Shown piece after piece: positions 27,486 to 36,229 of a stretch of 39,144 bases of DNA. The notes beneath the pieces were generated by a model that worked only from the letters and a program-made list of their open reading frames with translations, made no database searches and had not been told where the DNA came from. The translations under genes and the position numbers were made by a program. Within the stretch, counting starts at the first letter, position 1. The number at the start of each line of letters is the position of its first letter. The stretch comes from a virus (lineage: Duplodnaviria > Heunggongvirae > Uroviricota > Caudoviricetes). The stretch lies in the IMG/VR virus record IMGVR_UViG_2778261089_000004; one strand, written 5' to 3'.

Positions 27486-28229
27486 ATGACGCAGACACTG
27501 AATCCGGTCATCACTGTCACTGTGTCCGGTCCTGTGGGCAGCGGTAAAAGTTACGTACTGGCGCGGATAGAAGAGATGGTGAAACAGGAACTCGGAAACA
27601 GCGTCATTGTCGATGCTGCTGACGTGGAGAATGAGCGCCGTATGAGTGGCGATGATCTGACGACCTGGCAGAAGCCACGGGGTGGCACAGTGATCAGGCT
27701 GGAGGAATACACGGGACAGGGCCTGTTGTCATACGGCGAGGAGCGTATCTGTCGGACGAATGAGCTGCTGGATGTTATATGCCCCACGGGCCGGCAACCC
27801 TGGATACTGCCCGATGCACTGCATGCCACCATTGCGGCACTGATGACAGTTTACGATCAGGAACTGCTCATGAAGGAGTTACGTAAACTCACCGGTCAGC
27901 CAACAGAATGTTTTTCGGCCCCGAAGTACGGGAAGCAGGAACACCTCCCGGTGAACACAATCCCCGTTAACCAGCCTCCCCGGTTCTTCGACGAATACAT
28001 TCTGACACCGGAAAATAAAGCTGAGCACGAAGAGATCAAAGCGGCGTTGTTCCGGGAAATCAGGAAGATTGCTGAAATGCAACTGGGGGGCGGGCTGGAC
28101 AGAGTGATAGCGAGAGGAGAATGGGAGTCGCTGTTTGAAAGAGTTTCCCCGGAATTACTGCCCCTCGCACTGGCTATCGGGATTATGCAGACAGCAGATA
28201 AACCTCACTTACGTTCATCAAACACGTAG
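27486..28229 (+). CDS. P-loop NTPase of unknown function (247 aa), possibly kinase-like
   Basis: Walker A GPVGSGKS at residues 14-21; RBS GAGGAG before ATG; transcribed divergently from the late operon. Confidence 0.7.
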   Translation: MTQTLNPVITVTVSGPVGSGKSYVLARIEEMVKQELGNSVIVDAADVENERRMSGDDLTTWQKPRGGTVIRLEEYTGQGLLSYGEERICRTNELLDVICPTGRQPWILPDALHATIAALMTVYDQELLMKELRKLTGQPTECFSAPKYGKQEHLPVNTIPVNQPPRFFDEYILTPENKAEHEEIKAALFREIRKIAEMQLGGGLDRVIARGEWESLFERVSPELLPLALAIGIMQTADKPHLRSSNT

Positions 28230-28282
28230 CGCAGAATATTTTGCCGGTGAGTACATAAAAATCATCATTTAAGGAGTGCATC

Positions 28283-28498
28283 ATGAATCCCCGATTAACG
28301 TTAACAGAACATCAGCGCCGTGCTGAAGCAGTGAACAATGTTCTGGAAGATATTATCCGGTTATACCGCGGAGAACTGAGTGTCTGTCGTGCCGCTTTTC
28401 ATTTTCAGGGAATACAAAAGCAGTTTGATACTTCTGTTTTTGCAGAAGGTATTACTTATGCCCTGGACCGGATAAGGTCAGAAAATCGCCCCGGATAA
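28283..28498 (+). CDS. small hypothetical protein (71 aa)
   Basis: RBS AAGGAG before ATG, 53 bp after the P-loop gene; no family recognised. Confidence 0.55.
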   Translation: MNPRLTLTEHQRRAEAVNNVLEDIIRLYRGELSVCRAAFHFQGIQKQFDTSVFAEGITYALDRIRSENRPG

Positions 28499-28552
28499 TC
28501 CCTAAACCACATTAACAGAAATCCCGCCATCCCTGCCGCATCATGAAAGAAC

Positions 28553-28584
28553 GACCAGCCCGGCACCCGAAAGCCGGGCTGGTC
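28553..28584. terminator. strong GC-rich stem-loop between the 71-aa gene and dam
   Basis: Perfect 11-12-bp stem accagcccggc / gccgggctggt with 8-nt loop; no clean U-tract on the plus strand. Confidence 0.4.
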
Positions 28585-28688
28585 ATCGCCCCACAGGAAT
28601 GCGCTGTGAGCCGACCAAGGTTCAGTCAGTCTCGCGAGACCTGACCAGACTGCCATATTTTTTAATAATTGTAAAAGGCTTACAGATT

Positions 28689-29453
28689 ATGAAAATGCAG
28701 ACATTACCCATCGTGCCGTGGATTGGTGGCAAACGTCGCCTTGCAAAACACATTCTGCCGCTGTTTCCGGCGCATGAATGTTATGTGGAGCCGTTTTGTG
28801 GGGCAGCAGCGCTCTATTTTCTTAAGACACCTGGTAAGCTCGAAGTCATTAACGATATCAATGGTGAACTGGTGAATCTGTACCGGGTGGTAAAGCATCA
28901 CCTGGAAGAATTTGTCCGCCAGTTCAAATGGGCGCTGGTCAGCCGTCAGATCTACAAATGGCTGCAAATCACCCCGGAAGAAACACTGACGGATATCCAG
29001 CGTGCAGCACGGTTCTACTACCTTCAGAAGCAGGCGTTTGGCGGCAAGGTGGCAGAGCACAGCTTCGGTACCTCCACCACATCCCCGCCACGCTTCAACT
29101 TGCTGCGTATTGAAGAAGAACTGTCAGCGGCACACCTGCGACTTTCCAGAACAGTCATAGAACACATGGACTGGCAACAGTGCATTGAGCGTTATGACCG
29201 CCCGCACACGCTGTTCTACTGCGACCCGCCGTATCTGGGTACGGAAGGCTATGGTGTGGATTTTCCTGAAGGGAACTACTCGCGGCTGGCAGAGCTGGCC
29301 CGGTGCATCAGAGGAAAAATGATAATTTCGGTGAACGACATCCCGCAGATGCGCGAGGTGTTCACTGGACTGAACATACAGACAGTGAATATCAACTACA
29401 GTCTGGCGGGCAAATCAACGCCGCGCCGTGAGCTGGTGATTTGCAATTTTTAA
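28689..29453 (+). CDS. dam: DNA adenine methyltransferase, Dam family (orphan, no cognate nuclease seen)
   Basis: PWIGGKRRL, VEPFCGAAALYF, DINGELVNLY and catalytic DPPY motifs match Dam-type N6-adenine methyltransferases; start at internal Met MKMQTLPI. Confidence 0.9.
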   Translation: MKMQTLPIVPWIGGKRRLAKHILPLFPAHECYVEPFCGAAALYFLKTPGKLEVINDINGELVNLYRVVKHHLEEFVRQFKWALVSRQIYKWLQITPEETLTDIQRAARFYYLQKQAFGGKVAEHSFGTSTTSPPRFNLLRIEEELSAAHLRLSRTVIEHMDWQQCIERYDRPHTLFYCDPPYLGTEGYGVDFPEGNYSRLAELARCIRGKMIISVNDIPQMREVFTGLNIQTVNINYSLAGKSTPRRELVICNF

Positions 29454-29466
29454 AAGAGGTAGTTAA

Positions 29467-29491
29467 AGGTGGTGCATCTGCAGCACCACCT
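29467..29491. terminator. stem-loop between convergent dam and lipoprotein genes, putative bidirectional terminator
   Basis: Perfect 9-bp stem aggtggtgc / gcaccacct with 7-nt loop between the two stop codons; flanking U-tracts are weak. Confidence 0.45.
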
Positions 29492-29497
29492 AAACAT

Positions 29498-30025
29498 TTA
29501 ATCCAGCCTTGGACAAGTCCAATAATCATTATCTGGATCAGGTGAATAAACCTTCAAACAACCCGCTCGCGGGGGCTTATCATCATCTGTCATCGGAACA
29601 TTTTCTTTATCCAGTTTCACAGTCAAGTCTCCACCGGGAACATCCGTTTTATCAAAAAAAACAGCCTGACATGCTGATTTAGGTATTTTCACTTCATGGG
29701 CATTATTGGATATGAACAAATAACAATTATTGCCAGAAGCTATGTAGTCACTTGGAATGTTATTTTCGTCTTTAATATGAAACTGCACAGTTGTCACCGG
29801 GCGTTCGCTATCCTTGGATACTTCAATTTTTTCAAAACTGCCCGCGTACTTATCTAGGCCGGGGAGTTGTTGGCGAATAAATTGTAATTCACGATTTACA
29901 ACAGGATTATCTGTTTCAACGCTAAAAACATCGTGCTCCTTAGTTGTGGTGGACATATCAGCTGGGGCAGTATTATCTCCACAGCCAGATAAAACAAATA
30001 TCAACGGTATAAATAATTTACGCAT
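29498..30025 (-). CDS. lipoprotein (putative superinfection-exclusion or lysogenic-conversion factor)
   Basis: Signal peptide MRKLFIPLIFVLSGC with lipobox LSGC; RBS AAGGA 7 nt upstream of the Met at 30025; AT-rich gene directly downstream of and co-oriented with the repressor gene. Confidence 0.7.
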   Translation of the reverse strand: MRKLFIPLIFVLSGCGDNTAPADMSTTTKEHDVFSVETDNPVVNRELQFIRQQLPGLDKYAGSFEKIEVSKDSERPVTTVQFHIKDENNIPSDYIASGNNCYLFISNNAHEVKIPKSACQAVFFDKTDVPGGDLTVKLDKENVPMTDDDKPPRAGCLKVYSPDPDNDYWTCPRLD

Positions 30026-30066
30026 CGTCATGTCCTTATACATTTAGTGTTCTTAATAGGAACAGA

Positions 30067-30477
30067 TTAACCCGTATTTTTTAATCTCTCGAACTCTGCG
30101 GACAGCTCCTTAAGCTGTTTTTCCATATTAATCATTCGCTGTTTTTCTTCAGCGCCTCGCAGTAACTCTTTCCGCACTTCTGGATCCAGTTGGTTGAGCA
30201 ACTCTAATAACTTCAGGTCAGATTGGCTGAAATGCTGCTCTTGATTAGTCAACTGTACTTTCTCTACTCCCACAGTTTCCCCTTTACCAGTAAGTAGCCA
30301 ATCTATCGATATGTTCAAATGAGCACTCAATGCAACAAGAGCTTCTGCATTAGGCTCTCGCTCTCCACGTAGATAATTTTGAAGTGAGCGATATGGAATT
30401 TTCGATAAATCAGATAATGCCTTGATTGTCAGACCTTTAGCAACCATCGCTTCGCGCAATCTCTCTTTTATACTCAT
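30067..30477 (-). CDS. prophage repressor, XRE/Cro-C1-type HTH (c-repressor analogue)
   Basis: HTH LTIKALSDLSKIPYRSLQNYLRGEREP near N-terminus, C-terminal coiled coil; divergent from early operon across an operator-like region. Start taken as MSIKERL at 30477. Confidence 0.75.
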   Translation of the reverse strand: MSIKERLREAMVAKGLTIKALSDLSKIPYRSLQNYLRGEREPNAEALVALSAHLNISIDWLLTGKGETVGVEKVQLTNQEQHFSQSDLKLLELLNQLDPEVRKELLRGAEEKQRMINMEKQLKELSAEFERLKNTG

Positions 30478-30565
30478 TTGAACACATCTCAATTTGACAC
30501 ACTCATTCGGGTGTGTACAATAGACCCAATAGAGTACATCATAACCCAACAGGAACACGGTGCAT
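30478..30565. promoter_or_regulatory. divergent repressor / early-operon promoter-operator region
   Basis: Plus strand TTGACA (30494-30499), 16-bp spacer, TACAAT (30516-30521) upstream of the ner-like gene; inverted repeat ACACAC-N8-GTGTGT (30497-30516) overlaps the spacer. Confidence 0.55.
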
Positions 30566-30790
30566 ATGAACAAACAACAAGTTCGAGCACGACTGGTTGA
30601 ACGAGGCAGTAGCCTGCGCCAGTTTGCGCTTAACGCGGGCTATGAGCCACGAACTGTTACCCAGGCTGTTAGCCGCTGGGCAGGCAAAAGTGAACTTCCA
30701 CGCGGTCGTTTGACTTATCGGATTTTGCGAGACCTTTCTGTTGCAATAGGTAAGGAAGTTACCCCCGGTATCCTCAAGGAGGCGTCATGA
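30566..30790 (+). CDS. ner: Ner-like DNA-binding protein (Ner/Nlp family)
   Basis: 74 aa, first gene of early operon divergent from repressor; pattern LRQFALNAGYEPRTVTQAVSR resembles Ner-family proteins. Family call from memory. Confidence 0.6.
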   Translation: MNKQQVRARLVERGSSLRQFALNAGYEPRTVTQAVSRWAGKSELPRGRLTYRILRDLSVAIGKEVTPGILKEAS

Positions 30791-31095
30791 GTAAACCAAA
30801 TACATCAAGCTCAGGTACTCGTATTTTGCGTGTTCTTAAGGCCTTACGTGGTCACACTCTGAATGGTGTTTCTAATGGTGAATTGGCATTAGCTCTTGGT
30901 GAGTCCCCGGCGAATATCAATCGGGCACTAAATACCCTTATCGAAGAGGGACTAGCCCTAAAACTGGAGAACGGACGTTTTGCGCCAGGCATCCAGTTAC
31001 TGCAGATCGCCATGGCTCACAGTAACGAGATGGCGCGAGCACAGGATCGTATTAACGAAATCAATCAGCGAGTTATATCAGGTAGCTACCTGTAA
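30787..31095 (+). CDS. small winged-helix DNA-binding protein (IclR-type HTH-like)
   Basis: RILRVLKAL...NGELALALGESPANINRALNTLIEEGLA resembles IclR N-terminal HTH domains. Confidence 0.5.
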   Translation: MSKPNTSSSGTRILRVLKALRGHTLNGVSNGELALALGESPANINRALNTLIEEGLALKLENGRFAPGIQLLQIAMAHSNEMARAQDRINEINQRVISGSYL

Positions 31096-31105
31096 GGAGT
31101 GATTA

Positions 31106-32023
31106 ATGGGACGCACCAAATCACCGGTTAACACTGAACTGAACGCCGAGGTACCGCTGTCGGATGATCTCAACGTCAGCCTGAATGCCATGACACAGCA
31201 TCGTATGGAGATCATGCAGCAGTTCGGCGACGGCCTGCCCTATGAACGTGAACGCATCGTTCACGAGGCTCGATTTTATATGGACCAGAGTGCGGAGGCT
31301 ATGCTGGAGGCAGGTAAGCGTTTGGTTATCCTGAAAGAAAATGAACCTCATGGAGAATACGTACAAATCGTCAAAGAACAGTTGAACCTTGAACCACGCA
31401 TAGCCCAAAAAATGGCCCAAGCTGCTCTGAAGTTTTTATCTCCAGAACTGACATCAAAAGCGAAAACGTTTTCGCATTTGGGAAGATCAAAACTGTACGA
31501 ATTGATGTTAGAGGATGACGAAGATCTTGCTGAACTGGCCGACGGCGGCACAGTCGCCGGCCTGACGCTTGACGACGTTGATCGCATGTCAGTACGTGAA
31601 TTGCGTCAGGCCCTGCGCGAAGCGCGCGAAACCAACGCAGCACAACAGCGCGTACTCGCCGACAAAAATGAAAAAATCGACTCACTTTCCACCAGACTGG
31701 AGAAGAAATCCCGTATTCAGCCACCCGAGCCTGATGAAGAGGTGAAGAAGCTGCGGGCGGAAGTGACGGCATTAGCGGTTGAGGCGGAATCTGCCATCGC
31801 CGTCCGGCTGTCCGGTGCCTTTGAAACCCTGTGTGAATACTGCAGTAAAAACATGATTGATACCCCCAGAAATTTCATGGCTGGTCTGGTCTGCCAGATT
31901 GAACGCAGTGTTCATGCATTGCGTGAGACGTTTGACCTTGATGCCGCACCATCGGGTAACGATGTCCCCGCCTGGCTGACCGAACCGGAGCCTGAAATCA
32001 ACCGACCGGAGGGCATGCGTTAA
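31106..32023 (+). CDS. early-region protein with coiled coil (possibly DUF3102-like)
   Basis: 305 aa; family recollection only. Confidence 0.45.
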   Translation: MGRTKSPVNTELNAEVPLSDDLNVSLNAMTQHRMEIMQQFGDGLPYERERIVHEARFYMDQSAEAMLEAGKRLVILKENEPHGEYVQIVKEQLNLEPRIAQKMAQAALKFLSPELTSKAKTFSHLGRSKLYELMLEDDEDLAELADGGTVAGLTLDDVDRMSVRELRQALREARETNAAQQRVLADKNEKIDSLSTRLEKKSRIQPPEPDEEVKKLRAEVTALAVEAESAIAVRLSGAFETLCEYCSKNMIDTPRNFMAGLVCQIERSVHALRETFDLDAAPSGNDVPAWLTEPEPEINRPEGMR

Positions 32024-32340
32024 TGAACACGAATAACACACAAAATATCCTGATGGACAGCCCGGAGGCACTGGGGCACGCACTGTGTAATCTGCTGCCG
32101 GAGATGGTGCAGGGTTTCCGCGTGGTGACCCCTTCCGGTGAAATCTGCGTACCCGCACAGGAGACGCACCCGTTTGTACTGACGATGGAGGTGATGCTGA
32201 TGCAGCAGATAAGACGTCTGCAGAATCAGTCAGCATTACGCCCGGTAGTTGCACCGCAACCGGTAAATACCGTGGTGAAAACCTGCGATGGCGAAACACT
32301 GTGCGACCTCGCCAGAAAAATTGCCGCCAGAATCGGATAA
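32023..32340 (+). CDS. hypothetical protein (105 aa)
   Basis: ORF tightly packed between neighbours upstream of transposase. Confidence 0.45.
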   Translation: MNTNNTQNILMDSPEALGHALCNLLPEMVQGFRVVTPSGEICVPAQETHPFVLTMEVMLMQQIRRLQNQSALRPVVAPQPVNTVVKTCDGETLCDLARKIAARIG

Positions 32341-32355
32341 CAGGGAAGACAAGCT

Positions 32356-34125
32356 ATGACCCCGGCACTGACTGAAAAACTGGTTGAAACAGCCCGCGCG
32401 GCACGTGACGCGGGGCATGGTAAACGCGGTGCAATATACGACGCTGCCTGTGCTGAACTTGGCATGTCCCGCGCCACTCTGCTGCGCAGGCTGAAGGAGG
32501 TCTCTGTGACTGATAAACGCAAAAAACGCGCCGATGCCGGGCGCAGCGCCCTGACCCGCGACGAAGCCGCGCTGATATCTGCCACACTGCGTGAGGCCAC
32601 CCGCAAGAACGGTAAGCGTCTCTATTCCATCGCAGATGCAGTGGAAACCCTGCGGGCTAACGGCTTTATCACCGCAGGCAGAACAGATGAAACCACCGGT
32701 GAGTTTTTCCCGTTGTCTGAAGATGCCATCAGCCGTGCTCTGCGTAACTATGGCCTGCACCCGGAACAACTGGATGCCCCTGCACCACATACCGAAGTGG
32801 CCAGTCTGCATCCCAATCATGTCTGGCAGATTGACGCCTCACTCTGCACGCTTTACTACCTGAGCAATGGACATAAAGGGCTGCAGGTGATGGACAGCGC
32901 GAAGTTCTACAAGAACAAGCCCGCTAACCTTGCCCGTATCGCCAGTGACCGCGTGTGGAGTTACGAGATTACCGACCATGCCAGCGGCTGGATTTACGTT
33001 GAGTATGTGACGGGCGCGGAATCAGGTGAGAACCTGTGTTCTGTGCTTATCAACGCCATGCAGGAGCGTGGCGGCGCAGACGTGCTGCACGGCGTGCCGA
33101 AAATACTCTATCTCGACCCCGGCTCGGCAAACACCGCGGGTATGACGAAAAACATGTGCCGCTCACTGGGCATCGACCTGATAGCGCACAAGCCGCATAA
33201 CGCCCGCGCCACCGGACAGGTGGAAAAGGCGCGTGACATTATCGAACGCAAGCTGGAGCCGGGTCTGAAGTTCCGGCCGGTTCACAGCCTGGAAGAACTC
33301 AACGCGCTGGCCGCGAAATGGCGCAGCCACTTTAACGCCACGGCTGTTCACAGCCGCCACGGTAAAACCCGCACGGATATCTGGCTGAAGATTACTGCTG
33401 AGCAGCTGAAAAAAGCGCCTTCCGTTGAGGTATGTCGTGAACTGGCTGTGGCGGCACCAGAACTCCGCAAAGTCACGCCAAAACTTCGTGTCTCGTTCCG
33501 GGGCACTGAATTTGACGTATCAACGGTACCGGGCGTACTGGTTGGTGAAAAACTGATGATTACCCGTAACCCATGGCGCAGCGATGTGGCACAGGTGGTT
33601 CTGACCGGTGAGGACGGCCACGAGACGTTCTTCCTGGTCGAAGAGGTCAGAAAGAACGAGTTTGGCTTTGCTGAAGGCGCGGCGGTATTTGGCGAAAGTT
33701 ACAAAGCCCTGCCGGAAACCCCGGCACAGACGGCGGCAAAAGAAACTGAAGCGCTGGTTACCGGTACAGACAACGCCGCAGATGCAGCCGCCGCACGCAA
33801 GGCGAAGGCGCTGCCGTTCGGCGGGCGGCTTGACCCGTATAAACATATCGACGACACCACACTTCCGGCCTATATGCCGAAGCGTGGTCAGGCCTCTGAC
33901 GTACGCGGGCCGCGCACTGAACAACGTCCCATGACTCATGTGGAGGCCGCGAAAGCCCTGCGCGATAAGTTCAGCGCCGACGGCCTTACCTGGACGCCGG
34001 AACATTACCGCCAGTTAACGGCACAGTACCCGGACGGCGTACCGGAAGCCGCACTGGATGAAGTCATGGCCACGCTGACCACACCGGCCAGCAGCAGTGT
34101 TATCAGCATTGTTAACGGCAACTGA
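32356..34125 (+). CDS. DDE transposase, retroviral-integrase superfamily (MuA analogue; TniA/Tn552-like)
   Basis: 589 aa; catalytic-core signatures HVWQID, YLDPGSANTAG and HNARATGQVEKARDIIE; N-terminal DNA-binding region; followed by AAA+ ATPase. Confidence 0.85.
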   Translation: MTPALTEKLVETARAARDAGHGKRGAIYDAACAELGMSRATLLRRLKEVSVTDKRKKRADAGRSALTRDEAALISATLREATRKNGKRLYSIADAVETLRANGFITAGRTDETTGEFFPLSEDAISRALRNYGLHPEQLDAPAPHTEVASLHPNHVWQIDASLCTLYYLSNGHKGLQVMDSAKFYKNKPANLARIASDRVWSYEITDHASGWIYVEYVTGAESGENLCSVLINAMQERGGADVLHGVPKILYLDPGSANTAGMTKNMCRSLGIDLIAHKPHNARATGQVEKARDIIERKLEPGLKFRPVHSLEELNALAAKWRSHFNATAVHSRHGKTRTDIWLKITAEQLKKAPSVEVCRELAVAAPELRKVTPKLRVSFRGTEFDVSTVPGVLVGEKLMITRNPWRSDVAQVVLTGEDGHETFFLVEEVRKNEFGFAEGAAVFGESYKALPETPAQTAAKETEALVTGTDNAADAAAARKAKALPFGGRLDPYKHIDDTTLPAYMPKRGQASDVRGPRTEQRPMTHVEAAKALRDKFSADGLTWTPEHYRQLTAQYPDGVPEAALDEVMATLTTPASSSVISIVNGN

Positions 34126-34135
34126 GGAGGGAAAC

Positions 34136-35302
34136 ATGCTGGTACTGAAGCAGCAACTGAAAGAGGCCCGTATTCCACAGGCGGTGGTGGCGAGAGCTGT
34201 CGATGTTTCTGAGGCCACGCTGGCCCAGATTGTGAATCATAACGCGTGGCCCCGCACCAGTCCCGGAGAAGTACGCCGGCGTCTTGCGTCCTGGCTGGAA
34301 AGTCAGGGGATTGATACAACGAAGAGTTTTGATGCTGTACAGGGCGCGGCCACGCCCCGTACAGCGGGTACCACAGATAAAACGAGCCTCAGTGAGGAAG
34401 AGAATATGTTACTCAAAAAACAGGTGTTATTTCCAGCAACCAAAAAAGCGTTTGGTCTTTTCCGTGACCCGTTCGCCGACGAAGCCATGCAGGGTTCTGA
34501 TGATGTGTTCACCACCCCGGACATCCGCTATGTGCGTGAGGCGCTGTACCAGACAGCCCGTCATGGTGGATTTATGGCCGTCATCGGTGAGTCCGGTGCG
34601 GGTAAATCCACGCTGCGCCGCGACCTGACTGAACGTATCAACCGCGAGAATGCGCCGGTAATTGTTATCGAGCCATATGTCATCGCCATGGAAGACAACG
34701 ATGTGAAAGGGAAAACCCTGAAGGCAGCAGCGATTGCCGAAGCCATTATCAGTACCATCGCACCACTGGAAAGCATCAGACGCAGTCAGGATGCCCGCTT
34801 TCGCCAGCTGCATCGCGTCCTGAAAGACAGCAGCCAGGCGGGGTTCAGCCACGTTCTGGTGATTGAGGAGGCCCACAGCCTGCCCATTCCGACACTGAAA
34901 CACCTCAAACGCTTTTTTGAGCTGGAGTCCGGTTTCAAAAAACTGCTGTCCATCGTGCTGATTGGCCAGCCGGAACTGGCGACAAAACTGTCTGAACGCA
35001 ATATGGAAGTCCGTGAAGTCGTTCAGCGCTGTGAGGTGGTCGAACTTCTGCCTCTCGACAATAACCTTGAAGAGTTTCTGACGTTCAAACTGCAACGGGC
35101 CGGTAAACAACTGACGGACATTATGGACGCCGGCGCAGTGGATGCCATACGTGCCCGCCTGAGCAATCCGGGAAGTCACCGTAAAAACAGGGTCAGCCTG
35201 CTGTATCCGCTGGCCGTCAGTAACCTGGTAATAGCCGCCATGAATCTGGCCGCTGAAATCGGGGTTCCACAGGTCAACGCTGACGTTGTCAAAGGGGTTT
35301 AA
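34136..35302 (+). CDS. AAA+ transposition ATPase (MuB analogue; TniB/ExeA-like)
   Basis: Walker A GESGAGKST, Walker B-like VLVIEEAH; RBS GGAGGG before ATG at 34136; N-terminal HTH. Confidence 0.8.
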   Translation: MLVLKQQLKEARIPQAVVARAVDVSEATLAQIVNHNAWPRTSPGEVRRRLASWLESQGIDTTKSFDAVQGAATPRTAGTTDKTSLSEEENMLLKKQVLFPATKKAFGLFRDPFADEAMQGSDDVFTTPDIRYVREALYQTARHGGFMAVIGESGAGKSTLRRDLTERINRENAPVIVIEPYVIAMEDNDVKGKTLKAAAIAEAIISTIAPLESIRRSQDARFRQLHRVLKDSSQAGFSHVLVIEEAHSLPIPTLKHLKRFFELESGFKKLLSIVLIGQPELATKLSERNMEVREVVQRCEVVELLPLDNNLEEFLTFKLQRAGKQLTDIMDAGAVDAIRARLSNPGSHRKNRVSLLYPLAVSNLVIAAMNLAAEIGVPQVNADVVKGV

Positions 35303-35304
35303 TA

Positions 35305-35574
35305 ATGAAATCCATCACAGGTATCAACCAGCAAATCAGCAAAGTGCAGTCAGCCATTATGGCGCTTATGGCGACGAACACGGATGTACAAAGCATCACC
35401 ATCAGGGGCAATAAACCTGTCATCCGCGTTTCCCGGAGTGCGCATTGCATGCGCATGCTTGAACAGGGGAAAGCCAGTTATCTGTATACCGGTCATGACC
35501 ACAGGGGACATTTCCGTCAGGGCGTTTTCGAACTGCACGGCTGTCGCGTCGTGTGGCCGGAATCTTTGTGGTAA
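35305..35574 (+). CDS. hypothetical early protein (89 aa)
   Basis: ORF 2 nt after B-like stop. Confidence 0.5.
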   Translation: MKSITGINQQISKVQSAIMALMATNTDVQSITIRGNKPVIRVSRSAHCMRMLEQGKASYLYTGHDHRGHFRQGVFELHGCRVVWPESLW

Positions 35575-35601
35575 TCAGCACAACCGGAGAAATCATAAAA
35601 T

Positions 35602-36132
35602 ATGGCAAAAAGTACAAAAGGGGCAAAACGTATCAAGTCCGCAGCGGCACTCTGGGTACCGGGGACACGCGAAGAGGTCATTGAGGGCATCAGACTGCTC
35701 GGTGACGCACAACGTGAACTGGTCAGGGCTGAAACAGAAATGAATGACGCCATTGGCGATATCACCGCACGTTATGCCCCGCTCACCGAGAGCCTGAAAA
35801 AACGCATGTCAGAACTGCAGTCCGGTATCCAGACATGGTGTGAGGCACACCGTGATGAACTGACCGGCAACGGGAAGGTGAAGTTCGCTAACCTCACCAC
35901 CGGCGAGGTGCAGTGGCGAAACCGTCCGCCATCAGTCAGTATCCGTGGAGCGGATAATGTTATTGAACTACTGAGACGTCTGGGGCTTGAGCGCTTTATT
36001 CGTGTAAAAGAGGAAATAAATAAAGATGCCATTCTGAATGAAAAAGAGGCCGTGAAAAATATTCCCGGCATTACCATAAAAAGTGATATTGAGGATTTTT
36101 CAATAATTCCTTTTGAGCAGGATGTGCAGTAA
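35602..36132 (+). CDS. gam: Gam, host-nuclease inhibitor (Ku-like DNA end-binding protein)
   Basis: Strong match to Mu Gam: KRIKSAAA, WCEANRDELT, VRPPSVSIRG, LGLERFIR and C-terminal GITIKSDIEDFSIIPFEQ. Confidence 0.9.
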   Translation: MAKSTKGAKRIKSAAALWVPGTREEVIEGIRLLGDAQRELVRAETEMNDAIGDITARYAPLTESLKKRMSELQSGIQTWCEAHRDELTGNGKVKFANLTTGEVQWRNRPPSVSIRGADNVIELLRRLGLERFIRVKEEINKDAILNEKEAVKNIPGITIKSDIEDFSIIPFEQDVQ

Positions 36133-36229
36133 ACACACCACGTTAATTATTTAATAAAAACATTTTCTTTTTTATTCCGGCGTCAGCGCCGTGGGCTTCT
36201 GCACGCCGGAAACAGAGGAGAATTAAATT

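Noticed and set aside
32236-32820. 194-aa minus-strand ORF (and nested 32226-32606)
   Set aside because: Antisense to the 5-prime part of the transposase gene; no start context.
34427-35179. 250-aa minus-strand ORF
   Set aside because: Antisense to the AAA+ transposition ATPase gene, which has a Walker A motif and a strong RBS.
36133-36229. Possible terminator after gam (ccggcgt ... acgccgg stem)
   Set aside because: 7-bp stem with a 19-nt loop and no downstream U-tract; AT-rich sequence precedes rather than follows it.
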